Below, piece by piece: positions 17,570-26,237 of a stretch of DNA of 50,130 nt. Position numbers and translations under genes: made by a program. The stretch comes from an uncultured Candidatus Saccharibacteria bacterium. GTDB lineage: Bacteria; Patescibacteriota; Minisyncoccia; Sungbacterales; HO2-52-23. Positions within the stretch are counted from its first letter, which is position 1. Each line of letters begins with the position of its first letter. The notes beneath the pieces are model-generated. The model was given only the letters and a program-made list of their open reading frames with translations. It had not been told where the DNA came from and did no database searches. The stretch spans positions 1 to 50,130 of the forward strand of contig CAYIBQ010000002.1 of the NCBI GenBank assembly GCA_964361695.1. Direction: 5' to 3'.

Positions 17570-18268
17570 ATGCCCAAACCAAAACTTCCGTCAAAAGAGT
17601 TTACATGGACACCGGAACTTGCCTATTCCGTCGGTCTTTTGGTCACCGATGGTAATCTTTCAAAAGATGGCAGGCATATGTCTCTCCGGTCTTCGGATAA
17701 AGATCTCTTGGAGACCTTTAGAATATGTCTTCACCTGAAAAATCGCATAGCTCAGACGTACAATAACGGTTATGCAGTAAGACCAAGCTATAGGATCCAA
17801 TTCGGCAACGTACAGTTTTATGACTGGTTGCTACGTATAGGACTCTTCCCTGCCAAGACATACACTATCGGGAAAATACAAATTCCCGGAGAATATTTTA
17901 GGGATTTTCTTAGAGGACATCTCGATGGAGATGGCTCAATTCTCACATATAGTGATGATTATAACGTTTACAAAGGAAAACGCTATCTAAATACCCGTAT
18001 CTACACTAACTTTATTTCTGCAAGTAAGAGACATATTTTATGGCTTGCTCGCATGATACGAAGCCGTGCATCAGTGCAGGGAAATATAGAACGAAGTAAT
18101 GCAAAAGAAAATAGAGTACCGATATGGAAAATAAGATTTGCCAAATATGAGTCACTGACCCTCCTCCGTTGGATATATTATCGGAATAGATTACCTTCAC
18201 TCAAAAGAAAGCGCCGACTTTCTGAAGCGCTCCTCAAACGGGTGAGGAATGATAGACTTGTTCGTTAA
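17570..18268 (+). CDS. Free-standing double-motif LAGLIDADG homing endonuclease
   Basis: Two LAGLIDADG motifs (VGLLVTDGNLSKDG and FLRGHLDGDGSI). The ATG lies 7 nt after the tRNA 3' end. By eye it is AT-richer than its neighbours. Confidence 0.85.
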   Translation: MPKPKLPSKEFTWTPELAYSVGLLVTDGNLSKDGRHMSLRSSDKDLLETFRICLHLKNRIAQTYNNGYAVRPSYRIQFGNVQFYDWLLRIGLFPAKTYTIGKIQIPGEYFRDFLRGHLDGDGSILTYSDDYNVYKGKRYLNTRIYTNFISASKRHILWLARMIRSRASVQGNIERSNAKENRVPIWKIRFAKYESLTLLRWIYYRNRLPSLKRKRRLSEALLKRVRNDRLVR

Positions 18269-18275
18269 ACTCTGT

Positions 18276-18674
18276 ATGGATATCTCTCAAAAATTAGGAT
18301 GTTTGTTCTGCGATCTTTTCACTGATGGTTCCAGAACATTCCTCCAAACAACACATTTTTTCGTTATCCTTGATAATTTTCCAGTAAATAAGGGTCACAC
18401 TCTCATCATTCCCAAAGCACACAGCGCGGATGTTTTCTCTCTCCGCGCGGACGAATGGTCTGACTTTCCGCACACACTCCAGAAAACCAAATCATTCTTG
18501 GACCACAAATTTCATCCCGACGGATACAACATCGGCATAAATTGCGGTGCCTCCGCAGGACAGACCATTTTCCATACGCACATCCATGTGATCCCGCGTT
18601 ATGCGGGAGATATAGATGACCCGCGCGGCGGCATCAGAAATTTTAAAGAACCCGTCAAAAAGTATATCGTCTGA
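18276..18674 (+). CDS. HIT family protein
   Basis: Histidine triad HTHIHVIPRY and FPVNKGHTLIIPKAH. Start set at Met10 of the ORF to clear the endonuclease stop. Confidence 0.85.
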   Translation: MDISQKLGCLFCDLFTDGSRTFLQTTHFFVILDNFPVNKGHTLIIPKAHSADVFSLRADEWSDFPHTLQKTKSFLDHKFHPDGYNIGINCGASAGQTIFHTHIHVIPRYAGDIDDPRGGIRNFKEPVKKYIV

Positions 18675-18819
18675 TGTCCGTACTCCTGGGGTTTGGAGTT
18701 CCCTCGCCTTCAGGCGGTAAGTCCCAATCTGTGCGCTTCCAGCGCACAGTGGTTGAATTGAAGCGGTCTTGAATCATTGCCAGCAAAGGAATACCGAAGT
18801 ACAGAACAGAACCCCACAC

Positions 18820-18848
18820 TTGACGCTTCTCCAGTAGACCGCTATTAT
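18820..18848 (+). promoter_or_regulatory. Sigma70-like promoter upstream of the hicB/hicA pair
   Basis: TTGACG, 17-nt spacer, TATTAT, about 28 nt upstream of the hicB-like ATG. Confidence 0.45.
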
Positions 18849-18875
18849 ATCGCTATGCAATGAGTATCGGAATTT

Positions 18876-19157
18876 ATGAAACAGTTCATGTTTCCAAACA
18901 TCACCTTTACCATTCAGGTCTTCCGGGAAGGCCAGGTATTTGTCGCGCATAATTCGGAGCTTAACGTTTCCAGCTGTGGCGACACCATGGAAGAGGCCCG
19001 AAAAAATCTGAAGGATGCCGTGCGGGGCTTCTTGAAATCAGCGCATAAAATGGGGACGCTCCAAAATATCCTGGAAGACGCAGGGTATTATTTCCGCAAG
19101 AACGGATGGCAAGACCCTCAGTTGATGGTTATGGATCGATTTTCTATAACCGCATAA
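18876..19157 (+). CDS. hicB: HicB-like antitoxin (UPF0150-type)
   Basis: 93 aa with the pattern VFVAHNSELNVSSCGDTMEEARKNLKDAVRGFL. Followed by hicA. It is a paralogue of the ORF at 30173-30439. Confidence 0.65.
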   Translation: MKQFMFPNITFTIQVFREGQVFVAHNSELNVSSCGDTMEEARKNLKDAVRGFLKSAHKMGTLQNILEDAGYYFRKNGWQDPQLMVMDRFSITA

Positions 19158-19166
19158 TGAACGTTT

Positions 19167-19388
19167 GTGCCACGTATCGTTCCCATACATTATAAAAAAC
19201 TCGTGCGCGTATTTGAGCAAAACGGTTTTGTTTGTGATCGCCAAGAAGGCGATCATTTAATTTATGTGCGCAGGGGAATCCCACGACCAATTGTTATACC
19301 GATGTACCGCAGTATTCCGATTTTCATCATCAAAAATAATCTTACTATAGCCGGTATTTCCCGCGAAGAATATTTCCGGTCCCTGTAA
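19167..19388 (+). CDS. hicA: HicA-like toxin
   Basis: 73 aa with YKKLVRVFEQNGFVCDRQEGDHLIY, the YcfA/HicA pattern. Confidence 0.75.
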   Translation: MPRIVPIHYKKLVRVFEQNGFVCDRQEGDHLIYVRRGIPRPIVIPMYRSIPIFIIKNNLTIAGISREEYFRSL

Positions 19389-19390
19389 TT

Positions 19391-20218
19391 ATGATCATCA
19401 CACCCATAAAAACCCGGACGATGATGCCGCCCCGAGACGATCTCTACGGGGTCATGCGTATGGCCTTGCCGAAACTTCCTGAACGCTCGGTGCTGGTCAT
19501 TACGTCAAAAATCGTAAGCATCGGAGAAGGCCGTTGCATACCCAAGGAGCACTATCCTGACAAAGACGTGCTCATCAAAAAAGAAGCGGATAAATATCTT
19601 CCGCGCGAAGAAACGCCGGGTACTTGGGTGATGCACACGCTCAAACGCAATATCTTTATTCCCTCGGCCGGTATTGATGAGTCCAATTCGGGAGCGTACT
19701 ATACGCTTTGGCCAAAAGATCCGCAGGCGTCGGCACAAAAAATCTGGAAGATGCTCCGCCGAGCATACCGCATAAAAAATCTTGGCATCGTCATCTCCGA
19801 TTCTCACTCCGTACCTCTGCGCCGCGGCATGATGGGATTTGCCTTGAGTTATTACGGATTCCAGCCGCTGAAAGAATACCGCGGCACCAACGATCTCTTT
19901 GGCCGCGAAATGAAAATGACGCAGAGGAATTTTCCTGATGCGCTCGCTACAGCCGCGGTTATGGCCATGGGTGAGGGCAATGAATCCATGCCGCTCGCCC
20001 TCATCCGCGATATTCCGGACATAACGTTTGGAACCCGCACGCCGAAATCGCGGTTTCCTCACTCATCGTTTGAAATCAAAACCAGGGAGGATCTCTACTA
20101 TCCCTTCCTCTCTGCGGTGCGTTGGAAAAAAGGCGGCGGAGGAATAGAGTATCCTTACGAAACCAGAAAAATTCCGTCTCTCCGGCGCACGATGCCTTCG
20201 CGGAGTACGACGGCGTAG
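19391..20218 (+). CDS. CofE-like (F420-0:gamma-glutamyl ligase family) protein
   Basis: Has IPSAGIDESN and the GIVISDSHSVPLRRG pattern typical of the CofE fold. The 3' tail overlaps the convergent MOSC gene by 64 nt. Confidence 0.7.
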   Translation: MIITPIKTRTMMPPRDDLYGVMRMALPKLPERSVLVITSKIVSIGEGRCIPKEHYPDKDVLIKKEADKYLPREETPGTWVMHTLKRNIFIPSAGIDESNSGAYYTLWPKDPQASAQKIWKMLRRAYRIKNLGIVISDSHSVPLRRGMMGFALSYYGFQPLKEYRGTNDLFGREMKMTQRNFPDALATAAVMAMGEGNESMPLALIRDIPDITFGTRTPKSRFPHSSFEIKTREDLYYPFLSAVRWKKGGGGIEYPYETRKIPSLRRTMPSRSTTA

Positions 20219-20895
20219 ACGCCCGCGCAGTTTTCATGGCGCAGAGCAACGTGCGAGAGAATGCTCATATTTTTCTCGCCCGTATCGGGATCAAGAGCGA
20301 TCACTTGGCAGCGGATATCTTTTTTGGAAATTTCTATCACGAGTTTCTCCCCTATTTGCAATTTCTTTCCGACCAGCGTGTCCTCATAGAACGCTGTATT
20401 CGTATCCCACGCCGCATAGATGTTTGCCCGAAACCGCCTATGATCCAGGGAAATATTCATTTCTTTTTCCAAAGCCCGCAGGGTCGCCATACCGAAAAGC
20501 GAGAGCGGCCGGCTGTCCTGTGAGCCACGGTCTGAAAAACGCGCATACAGATCTCTGTCGAATCTTTCTTTCAAAAAAGCCGTAAAGATGGGATCGTCAA
20601 TCGCATACTCTGCGCCGTCCGGCGTCTTTACCAATATGGCATACTGCTCACGCACAGGATATGGGATTGCGACCGCAGGCATAGCGGAAAATCGCGGCAC
20701 AAAATGGATGAGTTCCGCCGCATCGCGGGCAGAAAACCAAGGAAAATTCGCTTGTTCTTTCTGTTTGTCTACGAGCGACCAGACACGGTCGCCGACGATG
20801 CCAGTATAGGCAGCAAACGCTTCAGCGATTTCTTCGCCCGCCATGCTTTTGACGGGATACCGGCGAAGTTTTTCTACGCTCCCGATTTTTTCCAT
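20155..20895 (-). CDS. MOSC domain protein
   Basis: N-terminal beta-barrel motif LRRYPVKSMAGE, with the MOSC region downstream. Start set at MEKIGS (20895); the longer ORF is an out-of-frame shadow over the PAP2 gene. Confidence 0.8.
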   Translation of the reverse strand: MEKIGSVEKLRRYPVKSMAGEEIAEAFAAYTGIVGDRVWSLVDKQKEQANFPWFSARDAAELIHFVPRFSAMPAVAIPYPVREQYAILVKTPDGAEYAIDDPIFTAFLKERFDRDLYARFSDRGSQDSRPLSLFGMATLRALEKEMNISLDHRRFRANIYAAWDTNTAFYEDTLVGKKLQIGEKLVIEISKKDIRCQVIALDPDTGEKNMSILSHVALRHENCAGVYAVVLREGIVRRRDGIFLVS

Positions 20896-21437
20896 AAAGG
20901 TTTCGTTATGAGATGATGAGCCGTCCACGCGCCTATGATACCGACGGCTATGCCGCCTACGATATCGCTCGGCCAGTGTACACCCACGATGACGCGGCTC
21001 GCGCCGATGACACATGCCAAGAGAAAAAATATGACACCTGCTTTGCGGTGGTAAAAATACACAGCCACGGCAATGGCGAATGCGAGCGTCGCGTGCCCTG
21101 ATGGGAACGACCGCTCCATGGCATGGGTAATAAGCTGATGGGAAAGTGCCTGCACCTCGTAGGGACGACTTCGGGCGAGCAGGATCCGGAGCGGCTCGGC
21201 AATGATGAGGCGGCTGATAAGAGCAGAAGCCGCCGCCGACCAAAACAATGAAATCGTTTTTTTTCTAAAGTCGGAGTTTTTTGAAACAAAACTAGATATC
21301 GTCCAGAGAATTATGGCCGCTATCATCACATACAAAAGATACACGGCGCAGAAGACAACCACGCCATCTATAAACGAGGACACTCCCGCCCACGAGTGGA
21401 GATATGTAAAAATCACTTTGTCAAAACCGGCAATCAT
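20874..21437 (-). CDS. PAP2 family phosphatase (BcrC/undecaprenyl-diphosphatase-like)
   Basis: PAP2 motifs SFPSGH and SRVIVGVHWPSD, plus several TM segments. Confidence 0.85.
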   Translation of the reverse strand: MIAGFDKVIFTYLHSWAGVSSFIDGVVVFCAVYLLYVMIAAIILWTISSFVSKNSDFRKKTISLFWSAAASALISRLIIAEPLRILLARSRPYEVQALSHQLITHAMERSFPSGHATLAFAIAVAVYFYHRKAGVIFFLLACVIGASRVIVGVHWPSDIVGGIAVGIIGAWTAHHLITKPLWKKSGA

Positions 21438-22270
21438 TGTTTTGCAAGCGTCACTACGTTCTGCATAAGCACGGCGACTGTCAGCGGCCCTACGCCGCCC
21501 GGCACCGGCGCTAGATATGCCGCCTTTTTTGACACGGTTTCGGTATCTACATCACCCTTTATTTTCCCTTCCGATTCCGACGTCCCCGCATCTATCACTA
21601 CGGCGCCCTCCCGTATCATATCACCCGTCACAATCCCGGGCTTGCCGATACCCGAAATCACGACATCAGCGCCGCGCACGCGTTCCACATCCCGCTCAAC
21701 ATCGGCGCCAATCAGCGTAAAATGCGCGTGCTCGCGCGTAAGCCACAGCGCCAGCGGTTTCCCCACCAGCATGCCCGCACCCAGCACCACGATGTGCTTA
21801 TCCCGCCAATCAATGTCATACGCTTTCAAAAGTTCTGCGACGGCTCCTACGACCGGAGGCACAACACTGCTTTTTCCGGCAGAAAAATTACCCACCGCCC
21901 GCGCGGACAGCACGTCCGCGTCTTTTTCAGGCGGGATCGCGTTGAGAATATATTGCTTGTTGATGTGCGCAGGCAGGGGCAGTTGGATGATGACCGCGGT
22001 ATTTTCTTTTTCATGCACAATATCGGCAATGCGCCCGCGCAACGCACTAGTCGTCACATCCGCCGGAAAGGGATACACGCGCACGTCAATGCCGACGCGC
22101 TCGCCCGCCTTTTTCTTTTCGCGGATGAAACTCGTGATCACCGGATCTTCGCCCACTACCACGACCGCAAGCCGTGGTTTTTTGGGCATGCCTGCAACGT
22201 CGCCTTTCACGGCATCCAGCATCCGTTCCGAGATCTTTTTTCCGTCAAGAAGGATCATAAATAGCGACAC
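21434..22270 (-). CDS. folD: Bifunctional 5,10-methylene-THF dehydrogenase/cyclohydrolase
   Basis: 278 aa of typical FolD sequence (LAVVVVGEDPVITSFIREKKK..; PVPGGVGPLTVA). Confidence 0.92.
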   Translation of the reverse strand: MSLFMILLDGKKISERMLDAVKGDVAGMPKKPRLAVVVVGEDPVITSFIREKKKAGERVGIDVRVYPFPADVTTSALRGRIADIVHEKENTAVIIQLPLPAHINKQYILNAIPPEKDADVLSARAVGNFSAGKSSVVPPVVGAVAELLKAYDIDWRDKHIVVLGAGMLVGKPLALWLTREHAHFTLIGADVERDVERVRGADVVISGIGKPGIVTGDMIREGAVVIDAGTSESEGKIKGDVDTETVSKKAAYLAPVPGGVGPLTVAVLMQNVVTLAKQ

Positions 22271-22281
22271 GCCTTAGCGCC

Positions 22282-22539
22282 TTAGTATGTGCTGCTTGTG
22301 CGACGTTCCACTTTATTTACTTCAATCACGTGGATGTCGCCGAGGATAGTATAAAAGATGCGGTAGTTGCCTACCCGATGCCGCCATACATCCACTTCGC
22401 CTCCCATCTTGATAATGTCCCCGCGCCACGGATCAACCTTGAAATCCAAAAGAGCCGCGATCACGCGCTCGCGATCTTGACGAGGGATCTTTTCAATATT
22501 CTTCCGTACACGATCAGGAACGCGTACCTCCCAGTTCAT
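22282..22539 (-). CDS. relE: RelE/ParE-superfamily toxin
   Basis: 85 aa with WRHRVGNYRIFYTI..IHVIEVNKVERR, which is RelE/YafQ-like. Overlaps the upstream antitoxin ORF. Confidence 0.75.
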   Translation of the reverse strand: MNWEVRVPDRVRKNIEKIPRQDRERVIAALLDFKVDPWRGDIIKMGGEVDVWRHRVGNYRIFYTILGDIHVIEVNKVERRTSSTY

Positions 22540-22741
22540 GCACGAGTTGGTCTATGGTTACGTACTCGCCGCGGGCCAACTCCTTTCTGCTTCTGGCGAT
22601 GGCGCGCTTATCCGCGGCAGTGAGTCGCGCTGTAGGGATAACCCTCGGTTGATGCCGTACCAATGCTTCATATTCTGCACGCGGTAAAACCACCAAGTCG
22701 CCTTTTTGCGCCAATTTTTTGGGGATGGTAATGACATTCAT
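22514..22741 (-). CDS. Putative antitoxin partner of the RelE-like toxin
   Basis: 75 aa, N-terminal ITIPKKLAQKGDLVVLPRAEYEAL. It is a paralogue of the ORF at 44479-44697 and lies upstream of and overlapping the toxin. Confidence 0.55.
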   Translation of the reverse strand: MNVITIPKKLAQKGDLVVLPRAEYEALVRHQPRVIPTARLTAADKRAIARSRKELARGEYVTIDQLVHELGGTRS

Positions 22742-22761
22742 ACCGGCATGATAGGCGACAA

Positions 22762-22798
22762 ATATAAAAAAGTAAAGAGGAGCCGCAGGGGGCTCCTC
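22762..22798 (-). terminator. Intrinsic terminator downstream of glyA
   Basis: 8-bp stem GAGGAGCC/GGCTCCTC. On the minus strand it is followed by TTTACTTTTTTATATTT. Confidence 0.55.
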
Positions 22799-22980
22799 GT
22801 CTGTCGTGTCAGTAAAGATTTCACTTGGAACTTACAAAACACCCAATTCCCGCATCTGGCGCGGGGTTAAATCATCATCGGTGAAGTCCACGGCAATCTC
22901 GTTGCCATCGTGGTACACGATGCCCCTCGACACTACCCGCTGCACAGTGGCGCGCGCAATGAACACCGTGTTGCCAAGTC

Positions 22981-24285
22981 CTAACTCCCGATGCTGCGCA
23001 TCTTTAAGGGCGTCTTTAATGGAGAAATGGGGAACCTTCTACAAAGATCGTTCACTTCTTTCTTAATACTCTTTATGCCGCCGCGCGTCAACGCCCTATG
23101 AATCAATCGCGCAATCTCACGCATCTCTCCCTCTTTCATCCCGCGGGTGGTGACCGCTGGGGTGCCGAGGCGTATACCCGACGGATCAAACGGCGGGCGC
23201 GGGTCAAAGGGCACCGTGGTACGGCTCGTGATGATCCCCGCCTGCTCCAGCATGTTTTGCGCCTGCAGTCCTGAAATATGTTTGTCCGTCAGATCCACGA
23301 GCATGAGGTGATTATCCGTGCCGCCGGAGACAATTTTGAATCCTTTTTTTTGTAGCGCCGAGGCAAGCGCTTTCGCGTTTTTCACGATCTGTTGCCCATA
23401 TTTTTTGAACGACGCCTGCATGGCTTCTTTGAGGCACACGGCGATTGCCGCAGTCTGGTTGTCGTGCGGCCCGCCTTGCAGACCCGGAAATACGGCGCGG
23501 TTTACCGCGCGCGCAATAGTCATTTCTTTTTCTTTCTCCCTGCCGCGCACCATCCGATCAATGCGGGAAAAAATAATGGCACCCCGCGGCCCCCGCAGGG
23601 ACTTATGCGTCGTGGTCGTCACCACGTCTGCATGGGGAAAGGGCGAGGGATGCGCGCCTGCGGCCACAAGTCCCGCGATGTGCGCCATGTCCACCATGAA
23701 ATACGCGCCGACTGCTTTCGCGATTTCTGCGAACTTTTTGAAATCAATCGTGCGCGGATATGCGGTAAATCCCGCAAGAATCAGTTTGGGTTTTTCGCGA
23801 AGCGCAATCTTTCGCACCTCCGCATAGTCCAGATATCCGTCTTTTCCCACATCGTAATGTATCGGAGAAAAAAGACGGCCTGAAAAATTGACCGGATCCC
23901 CGTGCGTGAGATGTCCGCCCGAACGCAAACCCATGGCCATGAATTTCTCTCCGGGTTTGAGCAGGGCGAAATACACCGCCATGTTGGCGGGCGAGCCGGA
24001 AAGGGGCTGGACGTTCACGCTCCAGTTTTTTCCAAGGCCGAATAGTTTCCTCGCGCGCTCTTTTGCAAGTGTTTCCACCTCGTCAATCACCGCGTTGCCC
24101 GCGTAGTAGCGTTTGCCTGCGTATCCTTCGGAGTATTTATTGGTAAGCGCAGACCCCAATGCTTCGCGCACAGCCAAAGACGCGATATTTTCGGACGCGA
24201 TCAGATCAATCGTCTCCTGCTGGCGTCGGGTCTCTGCCTGTATCAATCGCTCTATCTCGGGATCTGATTTTTTGAGAGGCGTCAT
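22981..24285 (-). CDS. glyA: Serine hydroxymethyltransferase
   Basis: 434 aa. Has LIASENIAS, NKYSEGYAGKRYYAGN, and the PLP-lysine region TTTTHKSLRGPRG. Confidence 0.96.
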   Translation of the reverse strand: MTPLKKSDPEIERLIQAETRRQQETIDLIASENIASLAVREALGSALTNKYSEGYAGKRYYAGNAVIDEVETLAKERARKLFGLGKNWSVNVQPLSGSPANMAVYFALLKPGEKFMAMGLRSGGHLTHGDPVNFSGRLFSPIHYDVGKDGYLDYAEVRKIALREKPKLILAGFTAYPRTIDFKKFAEIAKAVGAYFMVDMAHIAGLVAAGAHPSPFPHADVVTTTTHKSLRGPRGAIIFSRIDRMVRGREKEKEMTIARAVNRAVFPGLQGGPHDNQTAAIAVCLKEAMQASFKKYGQQIVKNAKALASALQKKGFKIVSGGTDNHLMLVDLTDKHISGLQAQNMLEQAGIITSRTTVPFDPRPPFDPSGIRLGTPAVTTRGMKEGEMREIARLIHRALTRGGIKSIKKEVNDLCRRFPISPLKTPLKMRSIGS

Positions 24286-24294
24286 GGGATCAAC

Positions 24295-25248
24295 CTACAC
24301 GTTTTTCTTGATTGCATCAACGACCGCAAGCGCGCGGCGGGTTTCTGCGACATCGTGTGTGCGGATGATGTCAGCGCCGTTGAGCACCGCAATCACGGCT
24401 TCGGCGAGAGACGCTTCCAGACGATCTTCCGCAGGCGGCACGTCCGCAAGACACAGCTCGTTTTTCAGCAGTAGGCCAATGTGACTTTTGCGGGATACGC
24501 CGATCAGAATGGGAAGACCAAGTTTTTTAAACTCCCCGAGACGCCTAATGATTTCCAGATTATGCTCCAGTGTTTTGCCGAACCCAATGCCCGGATCAAT
24601 GATAAACTGCTCACGCCGCATGCCCTGCCGCACCCCCTCCGCAATCTGTGTTTCAAAAAAATCAGTGATGTCAGCAATCACATCGCCATAAGTTATCTCT
24701 CCATCCTGCATGGTAGCTGGCGTGCCGCGCACGTGATACATCGCAAACGGGCATTCGTAGCGCGCCACAACAGCGGCCATCTCCAGATCAAACATAAATC
24801 CCCCGATGCTGTTGATGATATCCGCTCCGGCATCCAATGCTTCCACCGCCACGCGGGATTTGTACGTATCCACCGAAATAATTATTTTCGGGCCGAGCCG
24901 CTCGCGCACAGCCCGAACTACGGGTATGACGCGCGCCAGTTCTTCTTCCAGAGAAACAGGCGTTGAGCCTGGCCGTGTGGACTCGCCCCCGATGTCTATG
25001 ATGTCTGCGCCCTCTTCCGCGTGTTCAACGGCACGGGCAACTGCTTTTTCCACATCCAAGTATCGCCCGCCGTCATAAAAAGAATCGGGCGTCACGTTGA
25101 GCGTGCCCGCCACCAGCGTTTGTCTGCCGACGACGAGTGTCTTGCCTCGCGACAATGAAAACGTAACAAAATCTTTCATGTTATAAAATGGAGCGTGTAA
25201 GATTTCGGAGGCGACCATCTCTAATCGCCTCCGAAAATGATCAGCCAA
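24295..25248 (-). CDS. folP: Dihydropteroate synthase
   Basis: GTLNVTPDSFYDGG and DIGGESTRPG motifs. The true start is possibly Met24 (25179). Confidence 0.9.
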   Translation of the reverse strand: MADHFRRRLEMVASEILHAPFYNMKDFVTFSLSRGKTLVVGRQTLVAGTLNVTPDSFYDGGRYLDVEKAVARAVEHAEEGADIIDIGGESTRPGSTPVSLEEELARVIPVVRAVRERLGPKIIISVDTYKSRVAVEALDAGADIINSIGGFMFDLEMAAVVARYECPFAMYHVRGTPATMQDGEITYGDVIADITDFFETQIAEGVRQGMRREQFIIDPGIGFGKTLEHNLEIIRRLGEFKKLGLPILIGVSRKSHIGLLLKNELCLADVPPAEDRLEASLAEAVIAVLNGADIIRTHDVAETRRALAVVDAIKKNV

Positions 25249-25271
25249 AGAACTACGAAGTCATGCGTCAT

Positions 25272-25862
25272 TTATAACGCCGCACTGTCCTTCTCGTAAA
25301 AGATCGTTTCCCAAGGAACGCCCTGCGTGATTCGCCCGACTTCCCGATAGCCATTCTTCAGATACAGTTTCTGTGCCGCGACCTGAAGAATTGTCGTATT
25401 AAGGTGGATGGCACGGTATCCGCGCCTGCGTATCTCATCCTCCAAAGCGGTAAGGACCGCCTGCCCGTATCCGCGGCCTTGCCGCATTGGCAGTACCCGC
25501 ATGCGCTTGATTTCCGCGCGTTCAGGTGAAGTCCGTCTGAATGCCCCCATCGCGACGACAACACAATCATTGATCGTACCAACCAGAAATGCTCCTCCGC
25601 TCCGGGTATAAGATTGCTCAATATCCTCAAGATCGCTGTCCCATGGTCCGCTTTTTGTCCAAGCGCCGATCGCTTGCAGAGCAGCACGGTGTAAATAGAG
25701 AACCGCTGCATCGTCACGGGACTGAAATGGCCGGATACTGAACTCCCTTGTTACGGGCTCCTTGTCGGAGATAAGGCGATTTCTCGCAATATACAACAAG
25801 ACATCACCCGCGGATAACCTGCGCAGCCACAATGCTTCGTTGGATGAAAGATCTATCTCCAT
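25272..25862 (-). CDS. GNAT family N-acetyltransferase
   Basis: Acetyl-CoA motif RQGRGYGQAVLTALE. Start set at MEIDLSS (25862), because a terminator hairpin lies inside the longer ORF. Confidence 0.8.
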   Translation of the reverse strand: MEIDLSSNEALWLRRLSAGDVLLYIARNRLISDKEPVTREFSIRPFQSRDDAAVLYLHRAALQAIGAWTKSGPWDSDLEDIEQSYTRSGGAFLVGTINDCVVVAMGAFRRTSPERAEIKRMRVLPMRQGRGYGQAVLTALEDEIRRRGYRAIHLNTTILQVAAQKLYLKNGYREVGRITQGVPWETIFYEKDSAAL

Positions 25863-25881
25863 CTCACGCCTCCTTTTAATG

Positions 25882-25916
25882 AACAGAACAAAAACCTGCC
25901 CGAACAGGGCAGGTTT
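25882..25916 (-). terminator. Intrinsic terminator after the small-membrane-protein operon
   Basis: 10-bp stem AAACCTGCCC/GGGCAGGTTT with a 5-nt loop. On the minus strand it is followed by TTTTGTTCTGTTC. Confidence 0.6.
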
Positions 25917-26046
25917 CGCGGCCTTGACCATTCAAGACCTGCCCTCTCGATCAGGAGAAGAAATCGCCACGGACGAAACTTGACCAAGTTTTGACGCGCC
26001 GATTATGAAGCATGGCAATGACTTTCAAAATGCCCGATAGGCACGG

Positions 26047-26145
26047 TTACGCGCCATGTCGCCGGTGTTCGTAGTACCATAATCCGCCGGCGCTCAAGAG
26101 AGCCATGAACATGGTAATGACGAATTGGAGAATATCAGTATTCAT
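26047..26145 (-). CDS. Hypothetical 32-aa hydrophobic peptide
   Basis: Hand translation gives MNTDILQFVITMFMALLSAGGLWYYEHRRHGA. Third ORF of a tandem set, below the ORF-track length cut-off. Confidence 0.3.
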   Translation of the reverse strand: MNTDILQFVITMFMALLSAGGLWYYEHRRHGA

Positions 26146-26150
26146 ACGGG

Positions 26151-26237
26151 TTATTTTTTACGATCAGAGAGAATAAGCCATATCACGCCGATGAGGGCGA
26201 TGATGCTTGCAGCCATGTAGAATGTAAGAAGATTCAT
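26151..26237 (-). CDS. Hypothetical 28-aa hydrophobic peptide
   Basis: Hand translation gives MNLLTFYMAASIIALIGVIWLILSDRKK. Its ATG overlaps the stop of the upstream 76-aa ORF as ATGA. Confidence 0.3.
   Translation of the reverse strand: MNLLTFYMAASIIALIGVIWLILSDRKK

Noticed and set aside
20896-21243. N-terminal 116-aa extension of the MOSC ORF, and analogous long 5' extensions of the yqeY, rpsU, dprA, GNAT, M16, lepB and relE (37789) ORFs.
   Set aside because: The extensions overlap neighbouring genes, have atypical composition, and have internal Met codons that align with the conserved N-termini of the families. The shorter starts were adopted.
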